IMG/VR virus record: IMGVR_UViG_3300021066_000004 | Coordinates: 1-49,074 of that record | Reading direction: 5' to 3' (one strand) | DNA length: 49,074 nucleotides | DNA from: a virus | Lineage: Duplodnaviria > Caudoviricetes | Shown here: positions 43,324 through 49,074 of the stretch, in pieces | Numbering within the stretch: the first letter of the stretch is position 1 | Layout: every line of letters starts with the position of its first letter | Translations under genes and position numbers: made by a program | Notes under the pieces: generated by a model | The model's input: the letters and a program-made list of their open reading frames with translations, nothing else | The model's database searches: none | Told to the model about the DNA's origin: nothing

Positions 43324-44042
43324 CCACAGCTCTCGTTGTAGGCGCTGCGGCGACCGTTGGTGGCGCTGTATCGCAGAAGCGCGCAGCTGACAAGGCTGCA
43401 AAGGCGCAGACCAATGCGAGCCGAGAATCCATAGCAGCTCAGCAGGATTCAGAAGATCGCGCCCTTGCGCTTCAGCGGCCATTCTTCAATGCCGGCTATG
43501 CAGCTACCGCTGCTCTGTTGGATTTGAACGGCATTGATCGCAGCAGGCTCGGCCCAGCCGCTGTCGAGCCAAGGCAGGGTAAGAGCCTTGCTCCTCAAGA
43601 CGAGCTCGCACCAGGCCCGCCTGGCCCCGAGGATCTATCATCTTACGGGAAGTACAACTTCCAGGCCGATCCGGGTTACCAGTTCCGCATGGACGAGGGT
43701 ATCCGCGCATTGGACCGTAGCGCTGCTGCACGCGGCTCGCTCAACTCTGGCGGTCAGCTTCGCAAGCTCACGAGATACGGCCAGGACTACGCGAGTAACG
43801 AGTATCAGCGCGTCTACGATCGCATCGCGCAGATTGCCGGATTCGGCCGCGGCGCATCGAGCGACAGCGCGGGCATAGTGGTGAACACCGGCCAGAACAT
43901 CGGCGGGGCGCTGACCAATGCTGGCGAGGCTCGCGCGTCTGGATTCGTGGCCAGCGGCAACGCGATTGCGAACGCTACGAATCAGATCTCTCGGGGCGCA
44001 GGATTCTTCTTCAACCGGCCGCAAACCGGGATGGCGAGCTGA
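43314..44042 (+). CDS. Ejection / DNA transfer protein (P22 gp7-like)
   Basis: Ala/Gly N-term, PGYQFR..G, SAAARG.L.SG. Confidence 0.8.
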   Translation: MAVTTALVVGAAATVGGAVSQKRAADKAAKAQTNASRESIAAQQDSEDRALALQRPFFNAGYAATAALLDLNGIDRSRLGPAAVEPRQGKSLAPQDELAPGPPGPEDLSSYGKYNFQADPGYQFRMDEGIRALDRSAAARGSLNSGGQLRKLTRYGQDYASNEYQRVYDRIAQIAGFGRGASSDSAGIVVNTGQNIGGALTNAGEARASGFVASGNAIANATNQISRGAGFFFNRPQTGMAS

Positions 44043-44043
44043 C

Positions 44044-45330
44044 ATGGCACTGAATATCGCAGCAATGCAGCAGAGCTTCACGCCGGTTGACTCCTTCTTG
44101 GAGGGCCGTGCGATCGCCAATGCCGAGAAAGAGGCCGGCGCCAGAATGACGGCGCTGCAAAATGCCGAAGGGCGCGCTGCGGAGGAGGAGACGCGGCGGG
44201 CAAAGCGTTTCGACTGGGAGCGAGAGGAAACAGAAATCAAGTTCGATCAGGTCACAGGGCAACGAGCGCTTGCGAAGGTGCAGCAAGTCATGGCTCTGCC
44301 AAAAGACCAGCGCAAGGCGTACATCGAGCAGAACGAACCCGAGTACATCAAGGAGCTCGAGGCCAAGAGCGGCCAATCATGGGCCGACCTTGATGATGAT
44401 GAGATCGAAGGGATGGGCGGTATGCTCATCCGGAAGATCTCGGGCGACCTTGGGCTGTCTCCATCCAAGCCTGCGCCGCTATCAGATCAAGGCAAGGTTG
44501 CCGCTGACGTGCAATCGGGACTGCTCACGCAGGGCCAGGGCGATGCGATCCTGAATGCCGAGAACTGGACAAAGCCTGAGCCCGGCGTGGTAGACGGCAA
44601 GGAAGTCATGGTCCAGTACAACAGCAAGGGCGAGCCTCGGGTTGTGCCCGGCGTTGCGCCGCGTCCGCAGAAGCCGCTGGTGTCGATAGACACGAAAGTT
44701 CAGTCAGCTGGCGAGGTTGAGCTGGCAAAGATCGACGCGAAGGATTACTCGGACCTCCAAAATCGTGGCCAGGCCGCACAGGAGAAAATCGGTAGTCTGC
44801 GCGCAATGCTAGAAAGTCCAGCCCAAACCGGGCCAACACAGGACTTCCGTGCCGATGCGAATGCATTCTTTTTTGATCTTGGCGTACCAATCGCGCAATC
44901 CAAGCTCGACCAGATCAGCAACCTCGCGCAGTACAAATCAATCCAGAATACCCTGATACTTCAGGAGCAACTGAAACAGAAGGGTCCGCAGACCGAATCC
45001 GACGCCAAGCGCATCGAGGCAGAGTTCGGAAACACAAAGAACACCAAGGAAGCGAACGAGCTGATCACCAAGTACCAGCTCGCGCTTGCTGATCGTGAAT
45101 CTACTCTTGCCCAATTGGCTGATGAGTATCGAACCAGCAAGGGTAAGGTTGACGGTTTCCGCAAGGAGATTCGAGAGTACGTGAAGAACACGCCCCTGGC
45201 GGGGAAGAACGCCAAGAGCGGCCGGCTGGTGTTCTTCAATGAATTCCGTGATGCCGTTCGAGAGGCCAACCCCGGCGTATCCGATGAGGAAATCGTGAAA
45301 GACTGGCGGGACCGATATGCCACTCGTTGA
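44044..45330 (+). CDS. Ejection protein (gp20-like position)
   Basis: Helical; Q.KGPQTE.DA. Confidence 0.7.
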   Translation: MALNIAAMQQSFTPVDSFLEGRAIANAEKEAGARMTALQNAEGRAAEEETRRAKRFDWEREETEIKFDQVTGQRALAKVQQVMALPKDQRKAYIEQNEPEYIKELEAKSGQSWADLDDDEIEGMGGMLIRKISGDLGLSPSKPAPLSDQGKVAADVQSGLLTQGQGDAILNAENWTKPEPGVVDGKEVMVQYNSKGEPRVVPGVAPRPQKPLVSIDTKVQSAGEVELAKIDAKDYSDLQNRGQAAQEKIGSLRAMLESPAQTGPTQDFRADANAFFFDLGVPIAQSKLDQISNLAQYKSIQNTLILQEQLKQKGPQTESDAKRIEAEFGNTKNTKEANELITKYQLALADRESTLAQLADEYRTSKGKVDGFRKEIREYVKNTPLAGKNAKSGRLVFFNEFRDAVREANPGVSDEEIVKDWRDRYATR

Positions 45331-47458
45331 CCCGTTCGATGATCCGGCGCCGCAGGCGACCATGGCGGCTGTCGGAAAGTTACAGCCTCAGAGCGGCCTT
45401 GTTGATCCGTTCGATGAGCCTAAAATCGACTTCGAAAATATTGGGGAACGAACCTTTCTGGAAGATACGACAGAGGGTCAGAAGTGGCGTATAGCCTTGG
45501 GGTTTCTGACTACTCCAAGCGAAAAAGCACGCGCCGACATTGTTCGCAAAGTATTGCCGGGCGCCACAACCGAGGTGGCACCAGACGGGCGGATTGTCGT
45601 CAGCTACAAAGGCAAGCCGGGTTACATCAACGCTCCAGGAGTCTCGCTGGATGGAATCCTTGATTCGCTTGCCCAGGTTGGCAAGTACATTCCCGCCGGA
45701 AAGCTAGCGAGCCTTGGTGCAAACCTAACCAGCCGCATTGGAATCGCTACCGCAGCAGGAGGGGCAACCAGCGTTGCGGAAGACTATGCCGCGATTCCGC
45801 AAGGATCCGAGCAGCGCGTGAGCCCAGAAAAGGCGGTTGTCACAGCTCTCGCCAGCGGCATTGGCCAGGGGGTAGGCGAGACTGTTGTTGCCCCGGTCGC
45901 TGGCTGGCTGGCCGCAAAGGGCCGAGACTTTTATCGATCGCTCACGGGCAGCGCTGGCGCACTGAATCCCGACGGCACATTGTCTGCCGCTGGTAGGAAG
46001 CTGGCCGAAAAGATCGGCCTGAACCCGGACGAGATCACGCCGCAACTGGCCAGGCAACTGCAGTCGAGCGCGGATGATGCCATCGCAGCCGGCAAAGAAG
46101 CCGGCGCAGATACAGGCGAGGCTGCTGTTCGGCTTGCTCTGTCCCGGAGATTCAACACGCCGCTAACCAAGGGCGAGGCCAATCAGGACTACGCACAGCA
46201 GTCGCTAGAGGAGAACCTCAAGCGCATGGACGTGAGCACGTGGGCTGGTCAGACCATGCGCAACTCCGAGGCGCAATCAGCCACGAAGTTGCGCGGCGCC
46301 GACGGCGAAAGCGGCTTCGGCCTGCTCAATCGCGAGATCAGCGGGGCAAGAGCGGCGGACGTGGCGGATGCGGGCCAGACCGTGATCGCTGAGACAAAGG
46401 CCGCTGGTGGCGCAGCTAAGGCCGCTTACAAGGCGCAGTACACCACGGCCAAGCAGTTAGGCGCGTCACTGGACTCCGCCTCGATGAAGGCATTTCCTGC
46501 GCAGGCAGAGGCCGCAGTTAGTCGAGCGCTGGCCTACGATCCCGCGCTTTATCCGCAAACTGCATCGATGCTCAAATATATCGAGCAGAACGCCGCCAAG
46601 CTGAACGACGCAGACGGCATCACGCTTGCTCAACTGGAAAACGTCAGCAAGCTGATCAACACCGAGTGGCGAAGCGCCAATGCCACTGATCGCGAGGGTC
46701 TAAACGTGCTTCGCGAGCAGTTCGGCCAGATGGTGGATGCCGCGCTCGCGTCCGGGAAGATCAACGGCAATCAGAATTCAGTCGCGGCGTGGAAGGCCGG
46801 GCGCGACCTTTACGCGCGCTTCCAGGGTCTCTTCGGCGTGAACAAAGATGCCGGCGCGGCCGAGAAAGCAGCCGGCAACCAGATCAAGAACTGGCTGAAG
46901 TCGGACAACGTGACTGGCGAGGAAGTCATCACCAAGGCTGTGCAGAACAAGGCGCTGACCGAGCGCATCCTGCAGATCCACGGTGCCGACAGTCCCGCGC
47001 ACGTCGCGCTGAAGCAAGGCGCGCTCGAGCAGGTATTCCGACCAGCACTGAAGAACGAGGGCATCAGCCCGCGCCTGATCGTGTCCCAGTACGAGCGTTA
47101 CTTCAAGGGCAAGAACAGCGAGCAGATGGCAGCCATTTTCTCGCCGGCCGATCGCAAGGCGATTCGCGAATTCGTGGGCCTTGCAACCGCGAAGATACCC
47201 CGCGAGGGAGTAGTCAACTACTCCAACAGCGGCAACGTCATCGTGAAGGCGACGCAGCAGCTACTGCAGCGGCTCGGCATGGTCAGCGCTGCCAGCGGCA
47301 ACATTGAAACTGCTGCAGCTCTCGGCGCGGCAAACATGGTCACGAGGGGATTGAACTCCTCCAAGGCTAATACCGCAGTCCGCGGCCTCGTGCCAAACCT
47401 GAGCAGCGCGGTACCGACAGGTGCTGCAGGCGGCATTGCGAGCGAGCAAGTCGAATAG
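45317..47458 (+). CDS. Large ejection protein (gp16-like position)
   Basis: 713 aa, Ala/Gly-rich, N.SNS near the C-term. Confidence 0.7.
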   Translation: MPLVDPFDDPAPQATMAAVGKLQPQSGLVDPFDEPKIDFENIGERTFLEDTTEGQKWRIALGFLTTPSEKARADIVRKVLPGATTEVAPDGRIVVSYKGKPGYINAPGVSLDGILDSLAQVGKYIPAGKLASLGANLTSRIGIATAAGGATSVAEDYAAIPQGSEQRVSPEKAVVTALASGIGQGVGETVVAPVAGWLAAKGRDFYRSLTGSAGALNPDGTLSAAGRKLAEKIGLNPDEITPQLARQLQSSADDAIAAGKEAGADTGEAAVRLALSRRFNTPLTKGEANQDYAQQSLEENLKRMDVSTWAGQTMRNSEAQSATKLRGADGESGFGLLNREISGARAADVADAGQTVIAETKAAGGAAKAAYKAQYTTAKQLGASLDSASMKAFPAQAEAAVSRALAYDPALYPQTASMLKYIEQNAAKLNDADGITLAQLENVSKLINTEWRSANATDREGLNVLREQFGQMVDAALASGKINGNQNSVAAWKAGRDLYARFQGLFGVNKDAGAAEKAAGNQIKNWLKSDNVTGEEVITKAVQNKALTERILQIHGADSPAHVALKQGALEQVFRPALKNEGISPRLIVSQYERYFKGKNSEQMAAIFSPADRKAIREFVGLATAKIPREGVVNYSNSGNVIVKATQQLLQRLGMVSAASGNIETAAALGAANMVTRGLNSSKANTAVRGLVPNLSSAVPTGAAGGIASEQVE

Positions 47459-47480
47459 GCGCAATGAAAATTCACCACCC

Positions 47481-47509
47481 AACCCGGCCTAGTGCCGGGT
47501 TTTTCGTTT
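47481..47509 (+). terminator. Intrinsic terminator before tailspike
   Basis: AACCCGGC-ctagt-GCCGGGTT-TTT. Confidence 0.75.
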
Positions 47510-47522
47510 GTGGGGGCCGCTG

Positions 47523-49074
47523 ATGGCGTTTCCGCTGATCAACCCAGTTTTTCAGTTCTTCGACAACGCTGGCGAGCCGCTGTCTGGTGGTCTGCTGTAC
47601 ACCTATGCGCCTGGCACGACAACGCCAAAAACGACGTACACCGATGAGAACCTATCGGTACCCAATGCTAACCCCATCGTATTGGACTCGGCGGGGCGCT
47701 GCACGATCTTCCTGACCGATGGCGAAGAGTACAAGTTCCTGCTGCAGACGTCGGCTGCGGTCACGCTGCGCACAATAGATGAGGTCAAAAGCCCATCTTC
47801 GATGACTCAGGCAGCCGTAGCACTGGCTCTTTATCCGAGAACAGCTTCAGAAACCTCGGCTGGAATTACGCCTAGCGACTATGCGTATCTATCAGCCGAG
47901 GCGCTTGGCGGCATGTTCCGCTACGGCGCCGTCGGCAACTACACAGGTGCCGGCGTGGGCACCGATGACAGCACTGCGTTTCGCAACGCCTGCCTTGTGA
48001 TCCAGGCGCGCGGCGGCGGCGTGCTGGACCTGGGCTCCCGCCGCTACCGGCTCTATTCCAATGGCAGCACGGGCGCGCTGGGAGACTTCAGCAACCTGCG
48101 CGGCATCACCATCAAATCGGACGGTGCTGAGCTGGTGATCGATCGCACGTTCACGGGTTCGCAGACGGTCACGCCCTTCATTTTCACGGCCTGCGAGGGC
48201 GTCCACTTCGTCGGCCACATCAAGGTGACTTGCACTCAGACGCAGCCGATCAACGAAAAGACCAGCCGCGGCGTTGAGTTCGCGACCTTCCGGCAGGGCT
48301 GCAAGAACGTCACTAGCGAGATGGCCACGTTCAACTCGCTGCGGGTTGGGTTCTATCCCAGGCGTGAGGCTGGCGATGCCGCCTCATTTATCAGCCGTGG
48401 CTTCCGTCTGGGCATGATCCACGCCAACCAGACCGGCTACCCGCTGACCAATGCTGGCGCCACCGGACACCAGCTGACTGCCAGTCTTGTCACTACCGAG
48501 TGCGGCCGCTCTCTGTTTCTGCAGGGAATCGTCGATGCCACTGTCTACGTTGACTCGGCTGATGCCGAGGCATCCGTGGATTGCCTGCTGACGAACGTAA
48601 CCACCAGAGGCATGGACAGCGTTACGGTTTACTACACCAACACGCGCTCAACGATCGCTGATGCCAGCCGCAGCATCGGGGTGGATCTGCAGGTTCAAGA
48701 CTCTGATCTTCAAGTGGTCAGACACAGCAACGTGCGCGTGTTTCTCAACATTCGCACCGGCGCCACCACTTACACCGGCGCGGGATTCCGGGTCAGCAAG
48801 CTCAAGGCTGATTCGACCGACGATGCTGTGGACCGCGGCCACACAATCGAAAACGTCGAGGTTCAGGGCACTGTCATTGCCGGAAACTCGGCCCAAATCG
48901 GCATTCAGTTCTGCTCGGTCGGCACCTGGGGCACCAGTGAACTCGTAGACAACATCGCCTTTCGCAATCTGCGGTTGGTCGGCACGGGACAGCCGAATTT
49001 CAACCTGCGCAGCATTCAGAAGACCGCGATATTAGACAACGTGTATAGCTCGGCGCAGATGAACCTCGTCGGCA
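47523..49074 (+). CDS. Tailspike / receptor-binding protein, N-terminal part (about 686 aa in total; missing from ORF track)
   Basis: MAFPLINPVFQFFDNAGEPLSGGLLYTYAPGTTTPK head-binding-type N-term; YGAVG...DDSTAF beta-helix cap; in frame with 1-636 across the junction. Confidence 0.85.
   Translation, partial: MAFPLINPVFQFFDNAGEPLSGGLLYTYAPGTTTPKTTYTDENLSVPNANPIVLDSAGRCTIFLTDGEEYKFLLQTSAAVTLRTIDEVKSPSSMTQAAVALALYPRTASETSAGITPSDYAYLSAEALGGMFRYGAVGNYTGAGVGTDDSTAFRNACLVIQARGGGVLDLGSRRYRLYSNGSTGALGDFSNLRGITIKSDGAELVIDRTFTGSQTVTPFIFTACEGVHFVGHIKVTCTQTQPINEKTSRGVEFATFRQGCKNVTSEMATFNSLRVGFYPRREAGDAASFISRGFRLGMIHANQTGYPLTNAGATGHQLTASLVTTECGRSLFLQGIVDATVYVDSADAEASVDCLLTNVTTRGMDSVTVYYTNTRSTIADASRSIGVDLQVQDSDLQVVRHSNVRVFLNIRTGATTYTGAGFRVSKLKADSTDDAVDRGHTIENVEVQGTVIAGNSAQIGIQFCSVGTWGTSELVDNIAFRNLRLVGTGQPNFNLRSIQKTAILDNVYSSAQMNLVG
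48948..49074. repeat. Terminal direct repeat, copy 2
   Basis: Begins gacaacatcgcctttcgc, as at position 1. Confidence 0.95.

Noticed and set aside
47523-49074. Apparently gene-free 1.5 kb in the ORF track, or a DGR target
   Set aside because: It is the tailspike ORF running off the window end; no reverse transcriptase or template/variable repeat pair was found

Overview
The window is a complete, circularly permuted genome of a temperate tailed phage, about 48,947 bp unique; positions 1-127 are repeated exactly at 48948-49074. The layout is lambdoid. It runs: lysis (holins, GH19 endolysin, Rz/Rz1 spanins, implying a diderm host), attP with a tRNA-Thr(CGT) 5' fragment, int/xis, a long leftward early operon (SSAP, exonuclease, NinB-like, many small ORFs), a cI/cro switch with repeated operators, a rightward early operon (PAPS-reductase-like, DUF1643-like, O/P-like replication genes with iterons, Q-like), and late genes (terminase, portal, GroES, capsid, P22-like tail and ejection proteins, and a tailspike spanning the origin). 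The most unusual signals are: (1) a hammerhead-ribozyme-like RNA with its own promoter, antisense between terS and terL; (2) a protein fusing an integrase-like N-terminal domain to a His-Me/HNH-like nuclease, sitting between int and attP; (3) several large structured RNA candidates, after cro and after Q; (4) a XerC/D dif-like site in a phage that already has int/attP; (5) an attP that carries the 5' rather than the 3' half of a tRNA. All family calls come from motif recognition by eye, with no database or folding computation.
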